Assembly: GCA_965223795.1 (NCBI GenBank)
Contig: CBDCXL010000002.1
Span: 1,728,001-1,792,000 of the forward strand
DNA length: 64,000 bases
Source of the DNA: Nitrospinales bacterium
GTDB lineage: Bacteria > Nitrospinota > Nitrospinia > Nitrospinales > VA-1
Direction: 5' to 3'
A program made the position numbers and the translations under genes. The notes beneath the pieces are model-generated. The model had not been told where the DNA came from, ran no database searches, and saw nothing but the letters and a program-made list of their open reading frames with translations. Of this stretch, positions 1-10,074 are shown piece by piece (within the stretch, counting starts at the first letter, position 1; every line of letters starts with the position of its first letter).

Positions 1-513
1 GTAGACCCTGGCCAGACGGTAATGCGAGACGGCGTGATTTTTATCCAGCGACAGGGCCTGCTTGTAGATGGTTTCGGCTTCTTTGTATTTCTTTTTGCGT
101 TCCAGGTATTCCCCCAGGGCGCTGAGCGGGTCCGGACTGTCGCGGTCGTTTTCAGCGGCGATTTTCAGCTCCTGATAGGCCTGCTTGGGGTTGCCCAGGG
201 CGTAATGCACGGCGGCCAGGTTGATGCGGCTGTTGGTGTCCTCGGTTTTTTCCAGGATTTCGTTGTAGAGCTCCATGGCCTGGCGCAGTTTCCCCTGGTC
301 CTGATACACGACCGCAAGGTTGTATTTGGCGAACAGGTTGTCCGGATCTTTGAGGATCGCGAGTTTGTACGCTTTGATGGCATCCGTGTATTTGCCCTTG
401 TCGTACAGTTCGACTCCGCGGTTGTAGTGGCTCTCCACGGGAAGCGGCTGTTCCGCGCAGCCTGAAACAACAAGAGCGGAAAACAAAAAAAGGGACAATC
501 GGAAACGGCGCAT
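1..513 (-). CDS. TPR-repeat lipoprotein (runs off window start)
   Basis: Not in ORF track. Manual translation from ATG at 513: MRRFRLSLFLFSALVVSGC (lipobox) AEQPLPVESHYNRGVELYDKGKYTDAIKAYKLAILKDPDNLFAKYNLAVVYQDQG..., TPR periodicity, open to position 1. Confidence 0.85.
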   Translation of the reverse strand, partial: MRRFRLSLFLFSALVVSGCAEQPLPVESHYNRGVELYDKGKYTDAIKAYKLAILKDPDNLFAKYNLAVVYQDQGKLRQAMELYNEILEKTEDTNSRINLAAVHYALGNPKQAYQELKIAAENDRDSPDPLSALGEYLERKKKYKEAETIYKQALSLDKNHAVSHYRLARVY

Positions 514-527
514 GTTCGACATAGAAA

Positions 528-1652
528 TTACTTGCTAGAGATTTTATCCAAACGCTGCATGCGAAATTCACCCGGCGGGTACACCGGCAGGGGTTCTCCG
601 CGGTACAGCGTCTTTTTCTGGGGAGGTTCCCCGGCGAGTCTGAAGGAGTTTTGACCGAGATCGTTCGTGAGGGCCTTGAGATTCTGCGACGATTCGTTGA
701 GGTTTTTGATCAGTTCCAAAAGGTTTCTGCGGTTTTCGAGGCGCCCCTGCTCGTTCTGCTGCAGCGCCTGATCGAGGCTGGATGATGCGAGACGAATGTT
801 TTCGAGGGTTTTCTGCACGTCCGTGTTCAATACAGTGACCAGCTGCGCCAGATCTTCCTGATTTTCCTGCAAGAGCACGTCCAGTTTCCAGGTCAGGGTT
901 CCGGCCTTTTTCAGCAAAGCCGCCAGGCGTTTTTCTTTTGCCTCCAACAGCGAGTCCGCTTTCGCGGCAACGGAAGCGATGCCGTCCACGGTGTCTCCCA
1001 GCGAGTTCCCGTTCTGCTTGAACACGAGCGCGAGCTGGCTGGACACATCGAGCAGGTTTTTCATGTTCGACTGGGTTTCCTCGCGGTTTTGAACCAGCAG
1101 CGTTTCCACTTTGTCGAGTGAGGTCTGAAACGTCTTGATCGTTTCCCTGGATTCGCTGGTCAATCCTTCGGCGACGGCGGTCAGGCGCTTCATCTGCAGG
1201 ATCATGTCTTCCATCATCGCGCCGGCGTCGGCGTGGGCCACCGGTTCGATGCCGAGAAGCTGCTCGCCTTCCATCAGCGGCTTGGCGTCGGGACTGCCGG
1301 GAAAAATCTCCACAAAGGGTTTGCCGCCGGGCACGGCCGCAATCTTGACCGCGGCCACGGAATCTTTCTTGAGCGGGACCGTGGCCTTGATTTTTGCCAG
1401 CACCCGGACCTGGCTGTTTTCAGAATCTTCGCCGAGGCGGTGGATTTCCGCCACCTTGCCCACTTTGAGGCCGGCGACACGGATCGGGGCGCCGGGATTG
1501 AGATCCCCCGTGGCATCGAAAACGATGTGAATCTTTTTCTGCGGTTCGAAGCTGTTTTGCAGCCCTCCAAGAAAAAACACCATCGCCACCAGTAGGACCC
1601 CGCTAATGAAAATAAACAGACCTGCTTTGTATTCAGAAGAACGGTATTCCAT
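528..1652 (-). CDS. mlaD: MlaD/MCE-family protein with long C-terminal coiled coil
   Basis: N-terminal TM (KAGLFIFISGVLLV), MCE motif DLNPGAPIRVAGLKVGKV, helical tail; follows mlaE-mlaF. Confidence 0.85.
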   Translation of the reverse strand: MEYRSSEYKAGLFIFISGVLLVAMVFFLGGLQNSFEPQKKIHIVFDATGDLNPGAPIRVAGLKVGKVAEIHRLGEDSENSQVRVLAKIKATVPLKKDSVAAVKIAAVPGGKPFVEIFPGSPDAKPLMEGEQLLGIEPVAHADAGAMMEDMILQMKRLTAVAEGLTSESRETIKTFQTSLDKVETLLVQNREETQSNMKNLLDVSSQLALVFKQNGNSLGDTVDGIASVAAKADSLLEAKEKRLAALLKKAGTLTWKLDVLLQENQEDLAQLVTVLNTDVQKTLENIRLASSSLDQALQQNEQGRLENRRNLLELIKNLNESSQNLKALTNDLGQNSFRLAGEPPQKKTLYRGEPLPVYPPGEFRMQRLDKISSK

Positions 1653-1656
1653 AAAA

Positions 1657-2463
1657 TCAGTAAGTTGTCAGTGCCTTGTCGTGTTCGTTGAACGAGTTTT
1701 GAATGAATGTGAATGGAATGGGACCGTCCGGGTTGCCCTGGATGAACTGCAGAACCCGCGGGTCGGTGCTGGTGAGCAATTCCCCGGGGGTGCCTTCGGC
1801 GATGACCCTTCCCTGCTGCAGCATGAGCATGCGGTCGGAAATCCGCAAGGCCGTCTGCACGTCCTGGGTGACCACGATGCTGGTGATCCACATTTTCCGG
1901 TTGAGATCGCTGATGAGCTTTTCCATGACGCCGGCCGCAATGGGGTCCAGTCCGTGAAACGGCTCATCGTAAAAGAGGATCTTCGGATCGAGGGCGATGG
2001 CCCGCGCAAGAGCGACACGCTTGACCATTCCCGGCGTCAATTCATCCGGGGAAGAAAGCTCCATGCCCTTGAGCCCGACCATCTCGAGTTTCATCTTCAC
2101 CATGATGCGGATGGTGCTTTCATTGAGGTCGGTGTGTTCGCGGAGCGGCAGGGCCACGTTTTCTTCCACGCTGAGCGCGCTGAACAGGGCGCCGCTTTGA
2201 AACAGGATGCCGATGTTCTTGCGCATCTGGTTTTTGGCGTCCGCATTCATGGTGACGATGTCTTTGCCGTCAATGCAGACCTCTCCCGAATCCGGGGTGC
2301 TGGCTCCGATCAGGTGCTTGAGCAATGCGTTCTTGCCGCTTTCGCCGTCTCCGACGATAGAAGTGATCTGGCCCCGCTCGAAGCGGGCGTTGAAGCCATC
2401 CAGGACACGGGTGGTCCTTTGCGGCTGCTGCACGGTCTTGTGTAAATTTTTGATTTCGATCAT
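1657..2463 (-). CDS. mlaF: MlaF/Mkl-like ABC ATP-binding protein with degenerate motifs
   Basis: Start taken at MIEIKNLHK, overlapping the mlaE stop; LFQSGALF, RVALARAIALDPKILFYDEP, QFIQGNPDGP typical of MlaF. Confidence 0.85.
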   Translation of the reverse strand: MIEIKNLHKTVQQPQRTTRVLDGFNARFERGQITSIVGDGESGKNALLKHLIGASTPDSGEVCIDGKDIVTMNADAKNQMRKNIGILFQSGALFSALSVEENVALPLREHTDLNESTIRIMVKMKLEMVGLKGMELSSPDELTPGMVKRVALARAIALDPKILFYDEPFHGLDPIAAGVMEKLISDLNRKMWITSIVVTQDVQTALRISDRMLMLQQGRVIAEGTPGELLTSTDPRVLQFIQGNPDGPIPFTFIQNSFNEHDKALTTY

Positions 2464-3260
2464 CGTAAAAAGTAGTAGAAGGAGTTGAACATCAGATCGG
2501 CCGTGAGAATCAGGGTCATCGACACCACCACCGAAGTTCGGGTGCTGGATCCCAGCTCTTTTGCGTTCTCGTCGAGGGTGAATGCGAAATAACTTCCCAC
2601 CATGACGATGATGACCGCAAAGGCACCGCATTTGATGAGACCGGCAACGAGATCGGCAACGCCCAGGGATCCTCTGGACACGCTGAGATAAACCGCGGGG
2701 TCGATTCCCAGGGTGGTGATGCCGGTCAGGAAACCGCCGAGCAGCGCCATCGCGTCTCCCATGATGGTGAGGCAGGGAACCATCATCAGGATCGCCAAAA
2801 ACCGCGGCGTGATCAGTATCTTGACCGGATTGAGGGCCATGGACTCCAGCGCCAGGATCTCGTCGGAAACCTTCATGCTGCCAAGCTCAGCGGTGAAATA
2901 CGCGCCCACCCGGCCCGCAAGCACAAGAGCGGTGAGAAGGGGGCCGATTTCCCCCCAGATGATGGCGGCCGTCATGGAACCCAGGTTGGCGGGCGTGCCG
3001 AGCCGGGATAGCTGCAACGAGAGGATGACCCCGGCGAGAAACGAAACCAGAAGAACGAGCGGCAACGAACGGACTCCGATTTCCTCCATCTGTTTAAAAA
3101 CGGGAGCCCATCGGTTGGATTTTCCGCGAAACGGTTCGATGAACGAACAGTACAACGTCGCTTTTGTCAGTTCATAAAGCCCGTTGATCTCTCTAAAAAA
3201 ATCCAGAGCCGCTTCACGAAACGAAACCTGTTTTTTTTCAAGCTCCAGAACGTTTTTCAT
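2460..3260 (-). CDS. mlaE: MlaE-family ABC permease
   Basis: IGVRSLPLV, GPLLTALVLAGRVGA..TAELGSMKVSDEI..LE...NP...LITPR motifs; start taken at MKNVLEL. Confidence 0.9.
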   Translation of the reverse strand: MKNVLELEKKQVSFREAALDFFREINGLYELTKATLYCSFIEPFRGKSNRWAPVFKQMEEIGVRSLPLVLLVSFLAGVILSLQLSRLGTPANLGSMTAAIIWGEIGPLLTALVLAGRVGAYFTAELGSMKVSDEILALESMALNPVKILITPRFLAILMMVPCLTIMGDAMALLGGFLTGITTLGIDPAVYLSVSRGSLGVADLVAGLIKCGAFAVIIVMVGSYFAFTLDENAKELGSSTRTSVVVSMTLILTADLMFNSFYYFLR

Positions 3261-4159
3261 CACACGCTTCCCATCCGGATTCGTTATAAGGCGGTCGCAT
3301 TCCGGAAAATGGCAGACCACTCCTCACCACGATCCCATATCGAGCCAACCGCTGCGAACCCCAGTCCTGACGGGCGTATGCGCCGCTTGGCCGCATCTCA
3401 CGTTTACTTTGCTCCTCCTGAATTTTAAATTTATGACAGTTCCCAAAGAGGAACAACCACTGGTTTTTATTTTTTCTTCAACCCTAAGTAATGTTTGGCT
3501 TTTTAAGTCGGAAAAAATTTGCGCGCCCGGGCTGTTTAAACCGGTGAAAGAAAAACGGATTTGGCTCACATTCGGAACATGAATGGAGCGCATTGTTTCA
3601 ACTGCGCTTTTTACGTCGTTGAGGATTTTATGGACTCCTCACAATGTTAGAAAATAGTTTGATCGGGTTACGATTCGTGAAAACGGTTCGGACCGTTCGT
3701 TTTAAGTTCGCTTTCATTGCACGCACGCGGCAATAAAATCACCACTTCTGTTTTTTACTGTGCTGCCGTATTGGATGCACAAACTTCAATCAAAACAAGC
3801 TGCCCGAAAAGTGGGGTTGCATGGCTGCTTTGAGGAACGCCGCGAGAAGCCGATCGATGGTTGCACTTTGGCGGGATCACGAACATAATATGCGTTTTTG
3901 TGCGCTGAAAAAGTCTTGCAAGCCCCGTCGCAAAGCCTCCAAGGCAGGCGGGATGGAAATGCCGGCCTTGCGAAAGCCTGTGTGTGTCCGAAGGCGTCCG
4001 CGAAACGCCCTCTGGCGGGTAATGGATCAGCAGGGCATTGTTTTTCAAGCATTCTCACTGGAGCGGGTTCAGATTTGGCTTTATCTTGATTGGCAACAAA
4101 GCTACAATATTGAAGGGGTCAGGAAATCCAAAACCAACGAATCCGGGCAATGAATTGAA

Positions 4160-4501
4160 ATGCAAAGGTCTTGGGAAGGAATGCACGCGGTCCTTGCAAA
4201 ATCCTTATCATTGATCGAGATTTCTCCCGACAATTCTCTGGAATGGGCTGCTTTTTGCTGGAACTTCACCGTAGGCGCCCAAATCGCGGCTGTGACCGAA
4301 GTTTCCGGAATTTCCCCTAAAACCCTTCGAGTTTGTGTGAACGACCCGAAATGGATTCCGGTTTTACAAGCCATGAACGGGAAAGTCTTGAGCAAAATCA
4401 AAAAACAGGCAGGGATGGAAACGCTGGAACACATTCGATACGACCGGAATCGAGCCAGCACGGCGGGCCCCACCCGGTTTTCCTCAAAATCAGACAAGTG
4501 A
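4160..4501 (+). CDS. DUF721/DciA-family protein
   Basis: W..TVG.QIA..T......L.V.V.DP.W...L......L..I pattern; about 113 aa. Confidence 0.7.
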   Translation: MQRSWEGMHAVLAKSLSLIEISPDNSLEWAAFCWNFTVGAQIAAVTEVSGISPKTLRVCVNDPKWIPVLQAMNGKVLSKIKKQAGMETLEHIRYDRNRASTAGPTRFSSKSDK

Positions 4502-4530
4502 CTACCGTCTTTCAATACAAATAATTTTAT

Positions 4531-6396
4531 ATGATGCAAGGAACAGTGAACATGACCAAAGATCCGACTTCCCGAAACGGTTTTGCCTTCATTTGGAAGG
4601 AACGATTTTTCCCATGTGCGGTTCTTGCCGTGAGCGGAATGCTTTCCGCCTGCAGTTCGCTGCCTGCGGGGCACGCTTCATCCGGCACCATCGATTTGTC
4701 CTCGTCTTACGCGTTGCCTGTGGATGTGCGATCGAACGGGAGCAAAGAAAAAAACGTGCACCGGGATCCCCGCGCCTATTACAACTACCTGCTGGCATTG
4801 AAAGCGCAACGGGACTCGGATTTTTCCAAAGCGGCCACACATTACCAGAAGGTGGTCGAGTACGACCCCAATTCGGAAGACATTCATGAAAAGCTCGCCG
4901 GTCTGCTGCTGCGGTCGGGCCGGTTTGACGAACTGGCGGACTTTGCCAAAAAAGCGCTGAAATTATTTCCGAAGAACCTGGCTCTGAACATGATCATGGC
5001 GGACATCCTGGCGGGCCGGGGCGAGTATTACAACGCGATCAAGTATTACGGCAACGTGGCCCGGATGGATCCGGGCGGAGCGCGTGCCTATCTTTTGCAG
5101 GGAACGGTTTACGAAAAATTGAAAGAGCACGACCGCGCCCAGGAAATGTTCAAGCAGGTGGTTTTGTCCGAGCCTTCCAACCCGCTGGGCCACCATTATC
5201 TGGGTCGTTCCTACCTGAGGCAGAACAATCTGGAAGAAGCGCAGAAAAGTCTGGAAAAGTCGGTCTCGCTGCGCCCCAATTTCATACATTCAAGAGAGCA
5301 CCTGGCCTGGGTGCTGAAACAGCAGGGGAAGCTCGATCAGGCGCGCAGGGAATACAAGCTTCTATTGAAGCTGAATCCTCGCAACAAACGTGTGCGCGCG
5401 CATCTCGAAAGCATCAAGGGCCTTGAAAACAACGACGCGGGGGGCCGTTCCCAGGAGGAGGGGATTCCCAAGGAGTTGGAAAAACAGCCCGATGTGCATA
5501 TGAACATCGCCACCATCTTTTATGAGCAGGCCATCTACCTCAAGGCGCTGGATGAGTTTCAACTGACGCTGCTGCATGAAGACCGCAAAGAGCCGCACAT
5601 GCTCATGGCGCGGATTTATGAAATTTTAGGGAAGCTGGACAAATCGATCGAGGAATTTGAAATCATCCGAAAGATGAATCCGAAATCGGTTGAGATCCTG
5701 CGTTACACCGCGCGGCTTTACAGCTTGAACCAGCAGCCGGACAAAGCGGTGGAACTGCTCAAAAACGCGATCGAGCTCGAACCGGAAAACGATTCGCTGT
5801 ACCATTCGATTTCCTTGGCCTACATGACCAGTGAAAAATACGATAAGGCCATCGAGAACATGCGCACCGCGATCACCCTGAATGACAGCAAGGATTCTTA
5901 TTATTTTGAGTTGGGGGCGCTTCTGGAGCGGGCCGGGGAGTACGACGGCGCGATCGAGAACATGCAGCGCGCGATCGAGATCAACCCCATGCATTCCAAC
6001 GCTCACAATTTCCTGGGCTACATGTACGCAACCCAGGGCCGCTACCTGGACAAGGCGCTCACGCATTTAAAGAAAGCCCTTTCGATTCAGCCGAGAAACG
6101 GATACTTCCTCGACAGTCTGGGGTGGATATATTATAAAAAGGGCGAATCGGAAAAGGCGTTGCACGAGATCAAAAAAGCCATGGTGTATACCTCGCCGGA
6201 CCCGGTGTTGTACGACCATTTGGGAGACATTCAGTTTTCCCTGAAGAATTATTCCGAGGCGAGCGGTGCCTGGAAAACCAGCTTGTCTTTGACCCGTATC
6301 AAAAAGGAAGAGAATGAAGGGGGAGAATTGCCCGATCCTGATGTTCTCAAACAAAAGATCGACAAGGCACACAGCCTGTTGCGGCAGAGTTTCTAG
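4531..6396 (+). CDS. TPR-repeat lipoprotein
   Basis: Lipobox MLSAC, many TPRs, C-terminal NFLGYMYA...DSLGWIYYK...DHLGDI as in TPR genes preceding lolB-ispE; exact start uncertain. Confidence 0.9.
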   Translation: MMQGTVNMTKDPTSRNGFAFIWKERFFPCAVLAVSGMLSACSSLPAGHASSGTIDLSSSYALPVDVRSNGSKEKNVHRDPRAYYNYLLALKAQRDSDFSKAATHYQKVVEYDPNSEDIHEKLAGLLLRSGRFDELADFAKKALKLFPKNLALNMIMADILAGRGEYYNAIKYYGNVARMDPGGARAYLLQGTVYEKLKEHDRAQEMFKQVVLSEPSNPLGHHYLGRSYLRQNNLEEAQKSLEKSVSLRPNFIHSREHLAWVLKQQGKLDQARREYKLLLKLNPRNKRVRAHLESIKGLENNDAGGRSQEEGIPKELEKQPDVHMNIATIFYEQAIYLKALDEFQLTLLHEDRKEPHMLMARIYEILGKLDKSIEEFEIIRKMNPKSVEILRYTARLYSLNQQPDKAVELLKNAIELEPENDSLYHSISLAYMTSEKYDKAIENMRTAITLNDSKDSYYFELGALLERAGEYDGAIENMQRAIEINPMHSNAHNFLGYMYATQGRYLDKALTHLKKALSIQPRNGYFLDSLGWIYYKKGESEKALHEIKKAMVYTSPDPVLYDHLGDIQFSLKNYSEASGAWKTSLSLTRIKKEENEGGELPDPDVLKQKIDKAHSLLRQSF

Positions 6397-6417
6397 GCTT
6401 TTCTCCTTAAGGAGGTC

Positions 6418-7230
6418 ATGAACTTCCGGACCTTTGCATTTCGCATTTGGACGTTCCTGGGGATTTTTGCGGGCGGTTTCGTTCTTTCCGCCTGCCAGAC
6501 GGTTCCCGGGACGGATCACCTTTCCCGCGACCGCGTTTCCTTAGAATACATCCATCAGCGTCTGCTCGAACGGCAGGCGGGCATCAGCGATCTCAGATCC
6601 TTCGTCAATACCAAGGTGAAGGGGAAGAAGGTCCGCCATTCATTCCGCCAGGTGCTGCTGGTCCGCGACGACAATTCCCTGAGAATCGATACATTCAACC
6701 TGTTCGGCCAGACACTGGGCGTTTTCATCATCGACGGGCCCAACACGCTGCTCTACGATCCCAACAACAACCGCCTGTTCCGCGGGCGCGATGTGGAAAC
6801 CATGCTGCAAAGGACGATCGGCATCAACCTGGATCTGCGCGCCTACGCGAGTGTGTTCTTCGGCAACATCCCCCAGCTCCACCAGCTCAAAATCATCCGC
6901 GGCCGGCTCACCGATGACCGGAAGAAATACCACCTGACGGCGATCGATCCGGAAAAAAAGGGCACCGTCGAGATCGATCTGGACGCCTACACGCTGCTGC
7001 CCTCGCGGGTGTCCCGGCTGGACAACGGCGAGCCCACGTATCAGGTGCATTGGGCGGACTACCGCGCTGTGGGCGACCGTGAATTTCCGCATCAACTGAC
7101 CCTGGAGCTTCCGGTGCGCGGCGAGACCATGACCTTGAAATACACGGATCCGACGTTGAATGCAGGACTTCCGGGAGATGCTTTCAAGCTTCCCCAGGAA
7201 GCGGAAAACCTGTCTCTTTCCAGATACTAG
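6418..7230 (+). CDS. LolB-like/DUF4292 lipoprotein
   Basis: Strong SD AAGGAGG, lipobox LSAC, LRID.FNLFGQ motif, position between TPR gene and ispE. Confidence 0.7.
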   Translation: MNFRTFAFRIWTFLGIFAGGFVLSACQTVPGTDHLSRDRVSLEYIHQRLLERQAGISDLRSFVNTKVKGKKVRHSFRQVLLVRDDNSLRIDTFNLFGQTLGVFIIDGPNTLLYDPNNNRLFRGRDVETMLQRTIGINLDLRAYASVFFGNIPQLHQLKIIRGRLTDDRKKYHLTAIDPEKKGTVEIDLDAYTLLPSRVSRLDNGEPTYQVHWADYRAVGDREFPHQLTLELPVRGETMTLKYTDPTLNAGLPGDAFKLPQEAENLSLSRY

Positions 7231-7247
7231 CCCCGTTCGGGGACGAT

Positions 7248-8147
7248 GTGACACTTTCCTTTAAAACGCCGGCGAAGATCAACCTGGGGCTGTGCATACT
7301 GGGCAAGCGGCCCGACGGCTACCATGAACTGGAAACCCTGCTGCAGATGGTTTCCCTGTATGATGAAATCGACCTTGAGCCGGCCCCCAAAGGGGTGGCG
7401 CTGGACTGCGACAGCCCCAACATTCCCAAAGACGCATCCAACCTGGTCGTGCGTGCGGCGGCGCTGCTTGAGGAAGCGTGCCCGGAAAAAAGTTCGGGGG
7501 CCCGAATCCGGCTGAAAAAAAATATCCCCGCAGGCGCGGGTCTGGGCGGCGGCAGCGGCAATGCGGCCGGGGTGCTGATGGGGCTCAACCGGCTCTGGGA
7601 CCTCAAACTGTCTCCGGAGCGGCTTTCGCATTTAGCGGCGAAACTGGGCTCCGACGTGCCCTTCTTCCTCGGGTCTCCGTGCGCGTTGGGAACGGGACGG
7701 GGTGAGATCGTCCATCCCGTGAAACCCTCTGGAAAATTTAGCGTCGTTCTGGTTTACCCGGGGTTTCCCATTGCCACTTCCGAGGTCTATGGAGCCTTAA
7801 AAATCAAGTTGACAAACCCCGGAAATCATATTAGCATTCTCAAAAAATTTTTATCCGAATCGGAGATTGCCGCCTTAGGGAGCCAATTGCACAACGACTT
7901 GGAACCTGTTGTGGAAAAAAGGTTTCCAGAAATAGAGGCCATAAAAAGTGAACTTTTAGCTCATGGGGCGAAAGGGGCTCTTCTATCTGGGAGTGGTTCT
8001 ACAGTCTTTGGCATCTTTGACAACCCGGAACATGCGAATCATGCATGTTCAAATATGACGTTGCGGGAAACCGGGCTGTCGTTTGTAACGGAAACCATTT
8101 CGGACGTTTCCGAGTTTTTGCCAGAGGAAATGCTGAATTACCCATAG
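7248..8147 (+). CDS. ispE: 4-diphosphocytidyl-2-C-methyl-D-erythritol kinase
   Basis: PAKINL.L.ILGKRPDGYHEL, KNIPAGAGLGGGSGNAA, LSGSGSTVF. Confidence 0.97.
   Translation: MTLSFKTPAKINLGLCILGKRPDGYHELETLLQMVSLYDEIDLEPAPKGVALDCDSPNIPKDASNLVVRAAALLEEACPEKSSGARIRLKKNIPAGAGLGGGSGNAAGVLMGLNRLWDLKLSPERLSHLAAKLGSDVPFFLGSPCALGTGRGEIVHPVKPSGKFSVVLVYPGFPIATSEVYGALKIKLTNPGNHISILKKFLSESEIAALGSQLHNDLEPVVEKRFPEIEAIKSELLAHGAKGALLSGSGSTVFGIFDNPEHANHACSNMTLRETGLSFVTETISDVSEFLPEEMLNYP
7809..7837 (+). promoter_or_regulatory. sigma70-like promoter inside ispE
   Basis: TTGACA-N17-TAGCAT in the AT-richer 3' half of ispE. Confidence 0.55.
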
Positions 8148-8336
8148 TGTTGCGAGGATCCCTTTCGCAATCGCTTTGGGCTCACTTCAGGCAACACCCC
8201 TCCTCCCCGCATTCCGTTTCTGTTTTTCATCCACTATCATCTGTTTTCTCTGGGATCAAGATTTCGGCTGGACCCATGACCCGGTATCCGAAGATGATGA
8301 TTCAAGGTCATCGCGGTCAGGAATCGTGAAGGTTTT

Positions 8337-8409
8337 TGGGGCGTCGACAAGCGGCTAAGTCACAGGATTTTGGTTCCTGCATTCGGAGGTTCGAATCCTC
8401 CCGCCCCAG
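8337..8409 (+). tRNA. tRNA-Gln (TTG)
   Basis: TGGGGCG...CGCCCCA acceptor stem, CAGGA-TT-TTG-GT-TCCTG anticodon arm, GGTTCGAATCC T-arm; CCA not encoded. Confidence 0.97.
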
Positions 8410-8424
8410 TTTCTATGAGGCTGT

Positions 8425-9378
8425 ATGGACGCACACGATAACGGCAGAGTTCTGGTGTTTTCAGGAAGGGCGAATCCTTTGCTGGCGGAGGATATCTGCC
8501 GTTACATGAACGTCGCCCTCGGCAGGACGGTCATCCGGGATTTTTCCGACAATGAAATTTATGTGAAGATCGATGAAAACGTGCGCGGCGGCGATGTGTT
8601 CGTGATCCAGTCCACGTGCAACCCCGGAAACACCAACCTGATGGAAATGCTCATCATGATCGATGCGCTCAGGCGGTCGTCCGCTAAACGGATCACCGCG
8701 GTGCTCCCGTATTACGGCTATGCCCGGCAGGACCGCAAATGCGAGCCCCGCGTTCCCATCACCTCCAAGCTGGTGGCGGACCTGCTGGAAACCGCCGGTA
8801 CCGACCGGGTGCTGACGGTGGATCTGCACGCCGGGCAGATTCAGGGTTTTTTCGACGTTCCCGTGGACCATCTGTTCGCCATGAACGTGCTGGTGAAATA
8901 CATCAAGGAGTTGGACATCCAGGACCTCATCGTCATTTCCCCCGACGCGGGCGGGGTGGAGCGGGCCCGCGCGTTCGCCAAGCGATTGGGGGCTTCGCTC
9001 GCCATCATCGACAAACGCCGGGAAGCTCCCAATGAGGCGAAAGCCATGAACATCATCGGTGATGTGCAGGGAAAAGCGGCGTTCATCGTGGATGACATGA
9101 TCGACACCGCGGGCACTCTGATGGAAGCGACCGACGCGCTGCTCGAACAGGGCGCCAAGGAGGTGCACGCCTGCTGCACGCATCCGGTGTTGTCCGGCCC
9201 CGCGGCGGAGCGGATCGACGCGTCGCCGCTGAAATCGCTGGTGGCGACCAACACGATCCCGCTGCACGACAGGCTGGAGAACAACCCTAAAGTGAAAATT
9301 TTATCGGTCGCTCCCCTGCTGGGAGAGGCGATTCTCAGAATACACCGGGAGACCTCGGTGAGTTCGTTATTCGATTGA
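8425..9378 (+). CDS. prs: ribose-phosphate pyrophosphokinase
   Basis: [34 protein letters not shown]. Confidence 0.98.
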   Translation: MDAHDNGRVLVFSGRANPLLAEDICRYMNVALGRTVIRDFSDNEIYVKIDENVRGGDVFVIQSTCNPGNTNLMEMLIMIDALRRSSAKRITAVLPYYGYARQDRKCEPRVPITSKLVADLLETAGTDRVLTVDLHAGQIQGFFDVPVDHLFAMNVLVKYIKELDIQDLIVISPDAGGVERARAFAKRLGASLAIIDKRREAPNEAKAMNIIGDVQGKAAFIVDDMIDTAGTLMEATDALLEQGAKEVHACCTHPVLSGPAAERIDASPLKSLVATNTIPLHDRLENNPKVKILSVAPLLGEAILRIHRETSVSSLFD

Positions 9379-9390
9379 TCGGGAGGCATC

Positions 9391-10065
9391 ATGGCGTCAG
9401 CGGCATTGGAAGGAAAACTCAGGGATCAAAAGGGCAAGTCCGCCGCGCGGAAAGTCCGGCGGGAAAACTTTCTTCCAGGCGTCCTCTATGGTTTGAAGGA
9501 CAACCTGCTTTTGAAGGTGAACCCGAAGCAGCTGCATAAAATCATCGAAAAAAAGGGGCAGAATACTCTGATCGAACTGAACCTCGAGGGCGACAGCGTG
9601 CCGAAGCGCCAGGTGATCCTGAAAGACCACCAGAGGCATCCGCTTGATGAGAACTGGCTGCACGTGGATTTTCTGGAAGTGGACATGACCAAAAAGACAA
9701 ACGTGCTGGTTCCCATTAAGCTCGTGGGACACTCGCCGGGCGAAAAGCTGGGCGGCCTGGTCAACCACGTGATGAAAGAATTGCATGTGGAGTGCCTGCC
9801 CGGCGACATTCCGGAAGATCTGGAAATCGATATGACCCAGGTGCAGCTGGGCGACGTGGTGCACGTGAAAGACCTGCCGGTATCCGAAAAGATGACGATC
9901 ACCGACGATCCGATGGATACGGTGGTCAGCGTCTACGTTGAGAAGGTCAAGGAAGAGGCCCCGGCTGAGGGCGAGGAAGGCGAAGAAGCCGAAGGTGAAG
10001 CCGCCGATCAGGAAGCCAAAGAAGACAAGGACGCCGATAAGGCCGATAAGAAAGAGGGCTCCTGA
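9391..10065 (+). CDS. rplY: 50S ribosomal protein L25/Ctc
   Basis: GKSAARKVRR, HVDF, long Ctc form with acidic tail; prs-rplY-pth synteny. Confidence 0.95.
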   Translation: MASAALEGKLRDQKGKSAARKVRRENFLPGVLYGLKDNLLLKVNPKQLHKIIEKKGQNTLIELNLEGDSVPKRQVILKDHQRHPLDENWLHVDFLEVDMTKKTNVLVPIKLVGHSPGEKLGGLVNHVMKELHVECLPGDIPEDLEIDMTQVQLGDVVHVKDLPVSEKMTITDDPMDTVVSVYVEKVKEEAPAEGEEGEEAEGEAADQEAKEDKDADKADKKEGS

Positions 10066-10074
10066 GCCGGCGCT

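Noticed and set aside
3920..3980. CGCAAAGCCTCC resembling a c-di-GMP-I riboswitch segment
   Set aside because: The GGCAAAC/GNRA P2 stem and downstream receptor elements are absent
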